Assembly: GCA_025059595.1 (NCBI GenBank)
Contig: JANXDI010000015.1
Coordinates: forward strand, 25,872 to 89,871
DNA: 64,000 nucleotides
DNA from: Candidatus Calditenuaceae archaeon
GTDB taxonomy: Archaea > Thermoproteota > Nitrososphaeria_A > Caldarchaeales > Calditenuaceae
Reading direction: 5' to 3'
Positions 55,175-64,000 of this stretch are shown one piece after another (position 1 is the stretch's first letter; each line of letters opens with the position of its first letter). The translations under genes and the position numbers were made by a program. The notes under the pieces were generated by a model, which worked only from the letters and a program-made list of their open reading frames with translations, was not told the DNA's origin and ran no database searches.

Positions 55175-55543
55175 TCACTCCTCCCCTGAAGCCTGCTGTC
55201 CCCTTTCTTCACCGCCTCTTCTCCGCAGATATGTTCGAAGGTAGTATCCATCCTCCCTTAATGGGCCGAAGCTTCTGACACCCTTCTCGCCAACCTGCTT
55301 CTTCAGGCTAGCCGACTCTTCCTCAGTAATCTCACCCCTCACCCTTAAAAAATCGATAACGCGTATCGCCTCCTCCTCCGTCGAGCACCTCATAATATAG
55401 TCCTCTGGACGAGGCATGAACCCCCTGAGAGGTTCCACATCCTCAGCCCCCTTCTCATACTCCGCAGCCGCTCGAGCGTGGTCAATTTCCTCGGAGAGGG
55501 CCGGGAACATCTTCTTGAAGTCGCGCTTGTCCCATTGAATCAC
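55175..55543 (-). CDS. hypothetical acidic protein
   Basis: 122 aa with no motif. A TATA box (tgtatataagg) lies about 25 bp upstream of its start. Confidence 0.4.
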   Translation of the reverse strand: MIQWDKRDFKKMFPALSEEIDHARAAAEYEKGAEDVEPLRGFMPRPEDYIMRCSTEEEAIRVIDFLRVRGEITEEESASLKKQVGEKGVRSFGPLREDGYYLRTYLRRRGGEERGQQASGEE

Positions 55544-55621
55544 GATGTCCCCGCGATTTTCTGTTATATCCCTGTATATAAGGAGAGGGGCCAGCCCACC
55601 GTTGAAGATGCTTTAGCTTTT

Positions 55622-56290
55622 TTACGATGGTTTTAGTCGCTTGTAAAGGTCGTAGAGTTCGAAGACCCCACTCATATCCTCTCTCGCGTTGTTCGGATAG
55701 ACTTCCTTCAAAATCCCGTTTTCCAGTAACGCAACTTCGTCGGCAATCATGAGGGCTTCGAGAGGGTCGTGGGTCACATAGAGTACAGGGACATCGATAT
55801 TTCTGACCGTCTCCAGAACTAGTCGCTTGGTGGGCCAGTCAAGGTTTGCACAGGGCTCATCCATAAGTAGCGCGCTGGGATTCTTCAGCAAAGTCGTCGC
55901 AATAGTTAAGAGCTGTGCCTCTCCCAGCGAAAGATTTTTCTTGTCGACCAAGCTGCTGAGCCCGAGCTTGGAGACGAGAGGCCGGTAATCTCCACAGTGC
56001 AGCCTTGAGAAGAACTCTAATTGTTGTTTAGGGGCGAGGGGTAGCTTAACCACCCTTTGTGGAATGTAGCCGAGGGGCCTCTCTTCAGGTGGTAGTTGAG
56101 AAATATCTCTACCTTCAACCAGTATTAGCCCACTCACCTGCCTGATGAAGCCCATCAAACACCTTAGCAGAGTCGACTTACCGGCCCCGTTTCTGCCGAG
56201 GAGAACCGTCTTCCGAGTCACCTGAAGGTATTTGATTTCCAGCCTGAATCCTCCCTTCGACACAACTAAGTCACGAACTTCGAGGACCAC
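55622..56290 (-). CDS. ABC transporter ATP-binding protein, molybdate/tungstate (ModC/WtpC-like)
   Basis: 222 aa with Walker A GRNGAGKST, signature LSLGEAQLL and Walker B LLMDEP. Confidence 0.8.
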   Translation of the reverse strand: MVLEVRDLVVSKGGFRLEIKYLQVTRKTVLLGRNGAGKSTLLRCLMGFIRQVSGLILVEGRDISQLPPEERPLGYIPQRVVKLPLAPKQQLEFFSRLHCGDYRPLVSKLGLSSLVDKKNLSLGEAQLLTIATTLLKNPSALLMDEPCANLDWPTKRLVLETVRNIDVPVLYVTHDPLEALMIADEVALLENGILKEVYPNNAREDMSGVFELYDLYKRLKPS

Positions 56291-56972
56291 CTTCCAACAC
56301 CACAGTAGCGAGGGTCAACACTAAGGCTACCCCCAAGAGAATGAGGGAGGCAGAGATGACCGCGGTAGGCCCGGTCTTAAGAAACTCTTCGAAAATGTAT
56401 ATGCCCACTGTCTGAGGCCTCTGTGCTATTATTAGGAAGACCCCAAGCTCGGAGAAGGCCCGAAACCAAGATAAAAGAGCGGCAAGAAGGACACTCGTCG
56501 GTGAAGCGCGGAGGTAAAACCACAGAATCCTGAAACCCCGCACACCCATACCCCTCAAGTATTCCTCCATCTCCACCCCCTGAGCCGCAAAAGATGCCCT
56601 CAACACACCCACGCCGATGGGTGTGGAGACGATAAACATTCCGAGTATTATCGCGGCGCTCGTGTCGGTGAGCTGTAAGTTGAATATGATGGGCGAGAGC
56701 AGGACGCCTATCGCAGTATGTGGAATTGCGGTGGTTGACAATATCAGTGTCGTTAGATATCTAGCCTCGGTCCTGAAAGTGAGTGTGTAGCCTAGGATAA
56801 GAGAAGTTGGAATGACCAGTAGAGTGGAAAGAGTTGAATGTGTGGCTGTTGAGACGATTGTTTCTAGAAATCTAGGTGGGGGAAGCGGGCCGTAGAGCAT
56901 TATGCCCGGAAGAGCTAGCAGCGTAAAGTAGGAGATAGACACCATAAGCGCCGCTGACAAAGTCCTGTCCAT
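56271..56972 (-). CDS. ABC transporter permease (ModB/WtpB-like, 5-6 TM)
   Basis: 233 aa with the MetI-like permease core. It overlaps the ATPase gene by 20 bp. Confidence 0.75.
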   Translation of the reverse strand: MDRTLSAALMVSISYFTLLALPGIMLYGPLPPPRFLETIVSTATHSTLSTLLVIPTSLILGYTLTFRTEARYLTTLILSTTAIPHTAIGVLLSPIIFNLQLTDTSAAIILGMFIVSTPIGVGVLRASFAAQGVEMEEYLRGMGVRGFRILWFYLRASPTSVLLAALLSWFRAFSELGVFLIIAQRPQTVGIYIFEEFLKTGPTAVISASLILLGVALVLTLATVVLEGGPRSS

Positions 56973-56973
56973 T

Positions 56974-57840
56974 TCACATCATCAAACCGTATTTTGACAA
57001 GTTTATACGTGACATAACCCCGAGATACCTTTCACCGTTTGAGGTGAACGAGGCGGCAAAGGCTCGGAAAGCCTTGACGTCAATCTCTCCTAATTCTGTA
57101 TTTACTGTGAAGTTCAGTGGAGGGTCCTGTAGGAAGCTTATCTCGCTTGGTAATTCCAAGACGTTGAAACGCCCGCTATAATTCCTCGCTATTATGAATG
57201 GTGTGTGTGAGAAGATACAGTCGACAGCTCCACCCTCTAGCAGGGCGCCGACACCAGCCAAGTCGTCGCGAGCAATGTATCGGCCGCTAGCCTCGAAACT
57301 TCGGGCGTCTATCACTAACTTTTGAGCTAATTCGTCGTAGCTGTAATTGACTTTTAAGTTGCCACTCACTTCTTCCAGATTCGTGAAATTATATTTGACT
57401 GAGAGCCAGTATAAAGCTGCTAGGGCCCTATAGCCGATTGGTGCAACATTCGGGTTTGCAACACCTATCCTAACCCTTCCGATGTCGCTGAACGTATAAT
57501 TACCCCTACAGACGAGATGCAGCTTGAATGAGCCGAGGTCCATGACACTTCGCGGTTTAATCATCTTTAAGAGCTCTGTATCCACGCTCATGAAAACGTC
57601 TGGAGTCCTGCCTGCCAGAATCATCCTCACTCCCATGACGCTTCCAATGAAGCGGACATCAACCCTCTCCCGCCCATAGAGGTTAGCGGCCTCCTCCGCC
57701 AATCCCGACAATGTTGGAGCTGAATAAATGACAACCCAGCCGCCGCCTACTTCCGGTTTCTGAGCGCTAAAGACGAACGAAGCGATAAGAGAGATGGCTA
57801 CCGCCGCTATCATTAGAGGCATTATAGTTTTTTTACGCAT
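56974..57840 (-). CDS. oxyanion (molybdate/tungstate) ABC substrate-binding protein (ModA/WtpA-like), N-terminally anchored
   Basis: 288 aa with a signal anchor and a PBP2-like domain. It heads an operon with the matching permease and ATPase, opposite a TOBE regulator. Confidence 0.7.
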   Translation of the reverse strand: MRKKTIMPLMIAAVAISLIASFVFSAQKPEVGGGWVVIYSAPTLSGLAEEAANLYGRERVDVRFIGSVMGVRMILAGRTPDVFMSVDTELLKMIKPRSVMDLGSFKLHLVCRGNYTFSDIGRVRIGVANPNVAPIGYRALAALYWLSVKYNFTNLEEVSGNLKVNYSYDELAQKLVIDARSFEASGRYIARDDLAGVGALLEGGAVDCIFSHTPFIIARNYSGRFNVLELPSEISFLQDPPLNFTVNTELGEIDVKAFRAFAASFTSNGERYLGVMSRINLSKYGLMM

Positions 57841-57899
57841 CGCATGCCCTTTATTGTCCCAAAATATTTAAACATAGGTGGGGTGTTACACAACGATGC

Positions 57900-58463
57900 A
57901 TGTCGGTGGTAGAGGTAGGTGAGGGGAAGGTCGTCTTGAGGTTGGAAAACGGAGACCTTCTCAGAGTGGGTCTCGCGTATTTCGAGCTTCTTGACGGCGT
58001 GAGAAGGTATAGGTCTTTGAGCCGGGCTTCTCGCGAGACTGGAGTGACGCTAAAGACAAGCTTGAAGTGGATACGGTATCTCGAGTCTAAGCTGGGGTAC
58101 AGGCTCGTGGAGCGTAGGAGGGGTGGAAGGGGTGGGGGTGGTAGTGAGTTGACCGAGCAGGCACGCAGGCTGCTGGAGGGCTACTACTCTGCGAGAGCCA
58201 CCACCAGGCCTGGGTTCATCACAACCTTCCTCGAAAGTTTTATGAGCGCCCGAAATATCTTGAAGTGCAAAGTAAGATCAATCAAGAAATCCGAGATACT
58301 GAGCCTCATTGAGGTCGAGCTCGAGCCGAGCCAAAACCTCAAAGCCCTTTTAACGACAGAGAGCGTTGAGAGGTTGAAGATTCGCGAAGGAGCGGATGTC
58401 GTTGCGTTGATTAAGGCTACAGAGGTCCTGATAGCTTCGGGGTCAATTATTAGAGCCGAGTAG
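57900..58463 (+). CDS. ModE-like regulator: N-terminal HTH plus a C-terminal TOBE (Mop) molbindin domain
   Basis: 187 aa. A ModE-type N-domain (RRYRSLSRASRETGVTLKTSLKWIRYLESKLGYRLVER) and a Gly-rich linker are followed by a TOBE domain (NILKCKVRSIKKSEILSLIEVEL...ADVVALIKATEVLI). It is transcribed divergently from the transporter operon. Confidence 0.7.
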   Translation: MSVVEVGEGKVVLRLENGDLLRVGLAYFELLDGVRRYRSLSRASRETGVTLKTSLKWIRYLESKLGYRLVERRRGGRGGGGSELTEQARRLLEGYYSARATTRPGFITTFLESFMSARNILKCKVRSIKKSEILSLIEVELEPSQNLKALLTTESVERLKIREGADVVALIKATEVLIASGSIIRAE

Positions 58464-58476
58464 TGTTAGTCAAAGT

Positions 58477-60249
58477 TTACAGGGTTATTTCTGCCTTCAT
58501 TGCGTTAATCTCCGACTTAATCTCGGCTTCAAGTTCATCAAACTTGCCAAGCTCATCGTTATTAATCGTATATTTGGCTCTCAGCATTTTCGGAATAACG
58601 GGAAGAGCTCGAATATCCTCGATTTTAACACCTCTCTTAATGGCTGTAAGGGCATATTCGTAGAAGTCGACAAACATCTTCAACATTCTATACTGCTTTT
58701 TGGAACTGCAATAGGAGTCCACCTCATCATACGCGCTCTGCTGGAGGAAACCTTCCCTTATCATCCTCGCCACATCCAGAACTAAGTTCTCCTCATCCGC
58801 GAGCGCCTCTGGACCTAGGAGCCTCACGAGCTCTAGAAGCTCCTCCTCTCTCCTCAATATGCTGTAGAGCCGGGCTCTAGCTTCATACCAGTCCTCAGCG
58901 ATTTTGTCCCACCATTCCCTGACGGTGTCGACGTATGCGGAGTAGCTCATTATCCAGTTCACGGCTGGATAATGTCGGGTGTAGGCGAGATTTGGGTCGA
59001 GGGCCCAGAAGACTCTCACGAACCTAAGTGTATTTGTTGTTACGGGCTCGGTGAAGTCGCCGCCAGGCGGCGAAACCGCACCCACGATTGTGAGGCTTCC
59101 TATTCTGCTTGGATTTCCGAGAACCTCAACCCTCCCGGCTCTCTCGTAAAATTCTGCCAGCCTACTACCCAAATAGCTCGGGTAACCCTCCTCTGCGGGC
59201 ATCTCCTCAAGCCTACTGCTAATCTCCCTGAGTGCCTCAGCCCACCTGCTCGTCGAATCCGCGACGAGCAGAACGTCGTATCCCATATCCCGATAATATT
59301 CTGCTATAGCCGCGCCTGTGTAGATGCTGGCTTCCCTCGCCGAGACCGGCATGTTGCTTGTGTTAGCAATCAAGACGGTCCTCTCCATGAGCGGCCTGTT
59401 GGTGTAGGGGTCCGTTAGATGCGGAAACTCCTTAAGGACCTCAGCCTCCTCGTTACCACGCTCTCCACAACCTATGTGAAGAATCACCTTCGCATCACTC
59501 CACTTAGCGAGCTGGTGGAGCATGACCGTCTTCCCCGTCCCGAACGCCCCGGGTATGCAACCGGTGCCACCCTTAGCCATGGGGAACACAACATCTAGGA
59601 CGCGCTGACCCGTGATAAGCGGGACGACTGGGTCGAGCCTCCTCTTTATCGGCCTTGGAGTCCTCACTGGCCACCGATGTGTCATCGAGACTGAAACCCT
59701 ACCATCCCTGTTTTCAACCTCCGCCACTTGGTCTAAGACTGTATACTCACCCTCAGGGGCGATATACTTCAGCGTCCCAGGTAAAAAGTTTGGAGGAATC
59801 ATTATAAATGTCTTGATGAGGGGCGTCTCCTCGACCTCCCCAATAACGGACCCAGGCTCAACGTTTTCGCCCACCTTTATCCTGGGCTTAAACCGCCACT
59901 TCTTATCCAGCGGAACGCTTGGAACGGACACTCCTCTCTTAATGAAGGCCCCAACCATCTTGGATATTCTCTCAAGGGGCCTCTGAACGCCGTCGTAGAC
60001 GTTTCCAATCACTCCCGGACCTAATGTAACAGATAATGGGCCACCTGTTCCTATGACCGGCTCACCCGGGGCTAGGCCGGATGTGTTCTCGTAGACTTGG
60101 ACGTAGGCATTATCACCGCTTAACCTGATGACCTCTCCGATGAGCTTCTCTTCCCCTGCATATACCATCTCATACATTTTAACCCCCGTCATTCCTTCCG
60201 CCTTAAGGGTGGGGCCGGCTATCCACGTGATTACGCCTTTAACTGGCAT
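58477..60249 (-). CDS. atpA: V/A-type ATP synthase catalytic subunit A
   Basis: 590 aa with the P-loop GAFGTGKTV, the typical non-homologous insert region, and a conserved C-terminus. Confidence 0.92.
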   Translation of the reverse strand: MPVKGVITWIAGPTLKAEGMTGVKMYEMVYAGEEKLIGEVIRLSGDNAYVQVYENTSGLAPGEPVIGTGGPLSVTLGPGVIGNVYDGVQRPLERISKMVGAFIKRGVSVPSVPLDKKWRFKPRIKVGENVEPGSVIGEVEETPLIKTFIMIPPNFLPGTLKYIAPEGEYTVLDQVAEVENRDGRVSVSMTHRWPVRTPRPIKRRLDPVVPLITGQRVLDVVFPMAKGGTGCIPGAFGTGKTVMLHQLAKWSDAKVILHIGCGERGNEEAEVLKEFPHLTDPYTNRPLMERTVLIANTSNMPVSAREASIYTGAAIAEYYRDMGYDVLLVADSTSRWAEALREISSRLEEMPAEEGYPSYLGSRLAEFYERAGRVEVLGNPSRIGSLTIVGAVSPPGGDFTEPVTTNTLRFVRVFWALDPNLAYTRHYPAVNWIMSYSAYVDTVREWWDKIAEDWYEARARLYSILRREEELLELVRLLGPEALADEENLVLDVARMIREGFLQQSAYDEVDSYCSSKKQYRMLKMFVDFYEYALTAIKRGVKIEDIRALPVIPKMLRAKYTINNDELGKFDELEAEIKSEINAMKAEITL

Positions 60250-60294
60250 GGCTGAAGTCTAAGATGCCGCCCAACTAAAAAACTTTGGCAATCA

Positions 60295-60903
60295 TCAAGG
60301 GGAGAGAAGCCTCTTGATGATTTCGTTTCGTACCTCGTTCCTCATCCGCTCAAGCCTCGCCTCGACCGTGTTGTCGTAAATCGCTGATCCATCTCTCCTC
60401 ATTACCCGTACGCCACCCACTATATCCAACGAGTTTTCCGATAGCCTGATTTTCACACCGAGGCCCCTCTCCACCTCCCCCCTGAGCTCCTCAACTACGC
60501 TTCGGTCAGCTTTCGAGCACTCGACTACAACCTCGTCACCTCCAACAACCTCCACAGCCTCCCACAACAAAACCTTGAGAGCACGGCGATAACCTAAGGT
60601 CTCCCTCATAGAGGATATTTTCCTTAACGCCTCATCGAAAACAGCCCTGACGCATTCCTCGACTGTTTCGAGATATTCCCGCCTCGCATCAAGCACGGCC
60701 TGACTGACCAGTCTCTGCCTCAAGGCCGTAGCCTCCTTTCGAGCGAGTTGAGCTGCAGCGGCCGACTGTCTGCTCAGCTCATCAGCCTCCTCTCTCAACC
60801 TCCTCAAACCCTCCTCCTCAATCTCCCTTAACTTCACCCGAAACTCGACTACGGCCTCCTCAACCACACCCCTCAAGACATCCTCAAGCTTCATCGGAGA
60901 CAT
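60295..60903 (-). CDS. atpE: V/A-type ATP synthase subunit E
   Basis: 202 aa. A long N-terminal helix rich in E/R/A is followed by a globular C-domain (IVGGVRVMRRDGSAIYDNTVEARLE), as in subunit E. Confidence 0.7.
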   Translation of the reverse strand: MSPMKLEDVLRGVVEEAVVEFRVKLREIEEEGLRRLREEADELSRQSAAAAQLARKEATALRQRLVSQAVLDARREYLETVEECVRAVFDEALRKISSMRETLGYRRALKVLLWEAVEVVGGDEVVVECSKADRSVVEELRGEVERGLGVKIRLSENSLDIVGGVRVMRRDGSAIYDNTVEARLERMRNEVRNEIIKRLLSP

Positions 60904-61342
60904 CCTCCATTAACATCTATTACTGGATTAAAAAGCTAGTATCAACTCAAAATAAACCCCGATGTCAGCGGCGTATGTTTAGCATCTCAACCTGATTAGT
61001 TATGCCCTTAGTTGTGCCTAGACTTGGGCCATTATTCGGAAGACGCTTGAAGGGGGCCGAGAATCTGGGCCGCCGTGAGTAATCCGCCAATCATGACTCC
61101 GACGACTCCCATCGTTGCTATATCTGAACCGGTTAAATACAGGTTTCGAGCCGGCTAGCCGCTCGAAGCCAAGTTTGACGGAACCTGTCTGAAGTGCTTA
61201 ATGCTCATGAGGGAAACGCTCGAAGAGAGCCTCGCGGTATGCGGCCTCTCCGACAGGCATTTCAAAGGTGAGGTCTGGGAACACGAACTTCTCATAGGGC
61301 GAGGGCGCCAGAGCATAAGACAAGCCATACTTTTTCATCAGG

Positions 61343-61651
61343 TTAAATACTTAGTATCCTCCTAAGAAGTGCGCGATAGTCTGTGACGGAAGGCTTCTCC
61401 CCCGGCCTCGGCAGAAGATAAATCACGGGACTTGGGCGCGTAGAGCTTAACTGCTCAACTCTCTCCGCAAACTCCGGGCCGAATTCGTCGCTCACCAAGA
61501 TTAACCCCACTTCAGAGTCACCGGCCAGCTCCTCGATGATCCGAATAGCGTCTTTCCCATCCCTAGCAACCACCCCACCAAGACCGGCTATCCTGAACGA
61601 CGCCACAAAAAGCTCTCCACCCACCGCGACTGCCCTCATCCAAACAGACAA
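61343..61651 (-). CDS. atpF: V/A-type ATP synthase subunit F
   Basis: 102 aa with the family pattern (AVAVGGELFVASFRIAGLGGVV...IIEELAGDSEVGLILVSDEF). Confidence 0.7.
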   Translation of the reverse strand: MSVWMRAVAVGGELFVASFRIAGLGGVVARDGKDAIRIIEELAGDSEVGLILVSDEFGPEFAERVEQLSSTRPSPVIYLLPRPGEKPSVTDYRALLRRILSI

Positions 61652-61698
61652 ACAGCATCCAGACTTTATATTTTCCCAAAGGCGACACAGAGTGTAGG

Positions 61699-61770
61699 GG
61701 GCCGGTAGATCAGCGGCAGATCACCCGGTTTGCACCCGGGAGGCCGCGGGTTCGAATCCCGCCCGGTCCA
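61699..61770 (+). tRNA. tRNA-Ala (anticodon TGC) with the G3:U70 identity pair
   Basis: The acceptor is GGGCCGG/CCGGTCC with a G3:U70 wobble. D arm GATC-AGCGGCA-GATC, anticodon loop TTTGCAC, T arm GCGGGTTCGAATCCCGC, discriminator A and no encoded CCA. A TATA box (ctttatatttt) lies about 30 bp upstream. Confidence 0.9.
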
Positions 61771-61937
61771 ATTTCGCTTACTGGATGATTTGGGCCTGTA
61801 GCTTCTGCTTTATTGAAGGGGGTCGGCTCGGCTCTTCCTGCATCACGGGTCAGTCTGGAGCGGCGGGCCTCATCCCCAACCATATTACCTTCACGGTGAG
61901 ATATTAGTTGTTTCTTGAGCTGAGCGTATGGTAAATC

Positions 61938-62882
61938 TTGGAGCTTCGTGGATTCATAATGGGGTTATTGGCCTTGAGGGTCGCTCTGGTTAACTTTACT
62001 TCGGGGGGTGTGAGTGGAAGTGGGAGGCATGTGGGTCTTCTTAGGAAGGGGCTTCTTGAGCTCGGGGTTGATGTGAAGGTCGTCGACTCAAAAAATGTCT
62101 GGTTTCTCGATTTTCCCATGCTCCGGGCGCCTACCTTTACACTCGGAGCCTCTTTGAGGACGTTTGACGCCGATGTCGTGCATCTTCACAACCCCAAGCT
62201 CATCGGAGCCGCCCTTAGCAGTCCCTCTAGGAGCATAATCACGGTTCATGGAGGGATGATAGAGTTTAGTCTGAAGTATGGCGCGCTCGGGAGAGCCTCC
62301 GCGCGAATGATGCTCGCCTTGATGCGGATGGTGGGCCGTGTGACTTCGGTTATGAAGTGGGAGGCTGAGAGGAATGGCTGGGCCTGGGTCCCCAACATGA
62401 CTGACCTCGAGATGATAAGTAAAATAGAGCCTGCGAATGAAAGCGTGATTCTCTTCGTGGGTAGGCATGACCCAGTGAAGAACTATCCCCTCTTTAAACG
62501 GGTGGTGGAGAGGCTTGGCAGAAACTATAAGGCCTTTGGCGTGGAGGAGGTTGCAAGTTGGGAGAAGGTAATCGCCTACATGAAGTCCGCGGAGTGTCTC
62601 ATGATTACGTCGGTCTGGGAGGGCATGCCATCCGTGCTGCTGGAGGCATGGGCTTCGGGATGCCCAGTCATAGCCCCACGTATCCCAGCTTTCACACCCT
62701 TCCACGACGCCGTCATTCTCACCGACCTCCGACCAGAGGCATATGTTGATTCTTACAGGAGGCTCGACGGCCTGAAAGACTCAATTGTTTCGCGCGGACT
62801 CGAGCTGGTGAGACAGTTTGACTACAAGTCCATTACACGGCAATATCTTGAGATTTACCGGGAGCTAGTCACTCGGTCTTGA
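61938..62882 (+). CDS. glycosyltransferase family 4 (GT-B, group 1)
   Basis: 314 aa with the GT4 N-domain (ALVNFTSGGVSGSGRHVGLL) and a C-terminal E-x7-E-like region (ESVILFVGRHDPVKN...SVWEGMPSVLLEAWASGCPVIA). Confidence 0.75.
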   Translation: MELRGFIMGLLALRVALVNFTSGGVSGSGRHVGLLRKGLLELGVDVKVVDSKNVWFLDFPMLRAPTFTLGASLRTFDADVVHLHNPKLIGAALSSPSRSIITVHGGMIEFSLKYGALGRASARMMLALMRMVGRVTSVMKWEAERNGWAWVPNMTDLEMISKIEPANESVILFVGRHDPVKNYPLFKRVVERLGRNYKAFGVEEVASWEKVIAYMKSAECLMITSVWEGMPSVLLEAWASGCPVIAPRIPAFTPFHDAVILTDLRPEAYVDSYRRLDGLKDSIVSRGLELVRQFDYKSITRQYLEIYRELVTRS

Positions 62883-63996
62883 GTGCTTTGACAGGGTCTA
62901 TTAGAGCGGCCCTTCTGGCTGGGTAGAGGCCTGAAACCGAGCCGACCAAGACAGCGAAGAGCAGCGTCCCCATCAACAGCTCAGGCGTTATCACTGAACG
63001 TATCGGTATCGGCTCAAACTGGGGGCCGAATCTAAAGAAGTTCCCGGCATAATTTCCAAATCCCAGCGAGAGGCCCACGCCTACCCCAACTCCGATCAAC
63101 CCTCCGATTAACCCCGTGAGCATGGCTTCGAAGAGGAATGTGAATAGAACGTCTCGCCTCGTCATCCCAATCGACCGAAGGACGCCTATTTCTCTTGTCC
63201 TCTCCATTACGGACATTATCATCGTGTTCATTATTCCGAGGCCGGCCACGAATAGGCTCACAGATGCTATGATTCCGAGGAAGATTGTGAAGGACGCTAT
63301 TATGCTTCTGACTGTTGAGAGGATTGTGCTGGGGCTTATCACGGTTACATTTCTACCGTACAATCCCTCCAACTCCGAGATTATGTATTCGACCAAGTCA
63401 ACCCTCTCCGTGTTCACTAAGATTGCCTGATACCTCATCTCCCCCAAGAGCCTCCTCGCTGCGGGGAGGGGCATGACTACGGCCGTGTCGGCGTCGAAGA
63501 AGACGGAGGCTCCGAACTTGTCGTATATTCCCGTTACAGTGAAGCTGGTTGTCTTTAGGCCCTCCGCTGTCGAGGCCATGATTGTGAGTGGTTGACCTAC
63601 ATAGAGTCGCGATGTAGTTACGGCGGCTGGTGGGAAGGCTACCTTATAACCTACTCCAATCTGCGTGGAGCTTGTGGGTGTCGGCGAGTCACCCTCCAAT
63701 ATCTTGATTCCGGGGAAGATAATTTGGAGCTGCATCGGGTCTATACCCAGAACGCGGCCACTCACTCTCGTTCCACCGACCTGAAATTCAGCGACCGCGA
63801 GGTAAAAAGGCGCGACAACAGTTACACCAGGTATTCTTGTTATTTTCTGGACATCTGCGTCGGAGAATTGAATGTTCGAGCCTTGAGCAGGAAGAACGAT
63901 GATGTTGTTTGCCCCAAGCATCATGAGCCTGTCTGTAACGACTGTATTGATTCCCTCACCAAGTGAGACTAGGGAGATTATGAGCCCTGAGCCCAC
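62869..63996 (-). CDS. MacB-type ABC permease (MacB periplasmic core domain plus FtsX TM bundle); the N-terminus may lie beyond the window edge
   Basis: 375 aa with the FtsX motif (MSVMERTREIGVLRSIGMTRRDVLFTFLFEAMLTGLIGGLIG) and a MacB_PCD-like extracytoplasmic domain. The ORF starts 4 bp from the window end. Confidence 0.8.
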   Translation of the reverse strand: MGSGLIISLVSLGEGINTVVTDRLMMLGANNIIVLPAQGSNIQFSDADVQKITRIPGVTVVAPFYLAVAEFQVGGTRVSGRVLGIDPMQLQIIFPGIKILEGDSPTPTSSTQIGVGYKVAFPPAAVTTSRLYVGQPLTIMASTAEGLKTTSFTVTGIYDKFGASVFFDADTAVVMPLPAARRLLGEMRYQAILVNTERVDLVEYIISELEGLYGRNVTVISPSTILSTVRSIIASFTIFLGIIASVSLFVAGLGIMNTMIMSVMERTREIGVLRSIGMTRRDVLFTFLFEAMLTGLIGGLIGVGVGVGLSLGFGNYAGNFFRFGPQFEPIPIRSVITPELLMGTLLFAVLVGSVSGLYPARRAALIDPVKALKTE

Positions 63997-64000
63997 GGCG

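Noticed and set aside
60904-61342. RNase P RNA or SRP RNA in the atpE-atpF gap
   Set aside because: No P4-type GGAAAGUCC-like motif or SRP domain IV consensus was found by eye. It is left as an unexplained gap.
1-64000. Mobile elements, prophage or integrase genes, and CRISPR arrays
   Set aside because: No transposase, integrase or Cas-like motifs and no regularly spaced repeats were found on either strand. Both tRNA genes have clean flanks.

Overview
The window is a gene-dense archaeal chromosomal segment with roughly 55% GC and genes on both strands. Many genes overlap by 4 bp, and several have TATA-like boxes 25-30 bp upstream of the start codon, which suggests leaderless mRNAs. The gene content points to a TACK/Thermoproteota-like archaeon. 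It includes ribosomal proteins S17e, L15e, S13, S3Ae and an L40e that the ORF track missed, NAC alpha, proteasome beta, V-type ATPase A/E/F and a membrane H+-pyrophosphatase. It also includes Dph2, archaeal-type GlyRS, Trm1, THEP1, a type-2 IPP isomerase, split MetE, a CTP-dependent RibK fused to an HTH domain, a RecJ/GAN-like DHH protein, a possible Pcc1, tRNA-Met(CAT) and tRNA-Ala(TGC). Accessory content includes a Liv-type ABC transporter cotranscribed with an aldo-keto reductase and an IolB-like cupin. There is a Wtp/Mod-type oxyanion transporter with a divergent ModE-like regulator, and several sugar or inositol catabolism-like enzymes (Gfo/Idh/MocA, xylose-isomerase-like TIM barrels, LLM oxidoreductase). 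Four MacB/FtsX-type modules are present, one of them a 1065-aa fusion protein. I found no transposases, integrases or CRISPR arrays. The most unusual locus is at 41.8-44.2 kb, where two paralogous C4HC3 (RING-CH/PHD-like) zinc fingers flank two coiled-coil proteins. One finger is on a small soluble protein and the other is at the C-terminus of a polytopic membrane protein. Other items worth a second look are a PqqD-like RRE protein cotranscribed with a minimal FtsX and no RiPP enzymes, an AN1 zinc finger fused to an M50 site-2 protease, a candidate C/D box sRNA, a divergent pair of large uncharacterised membrane proteins sharing a promoter with a tandem 10-bp repeat, and a 440-bp gap between atpE and atpF.
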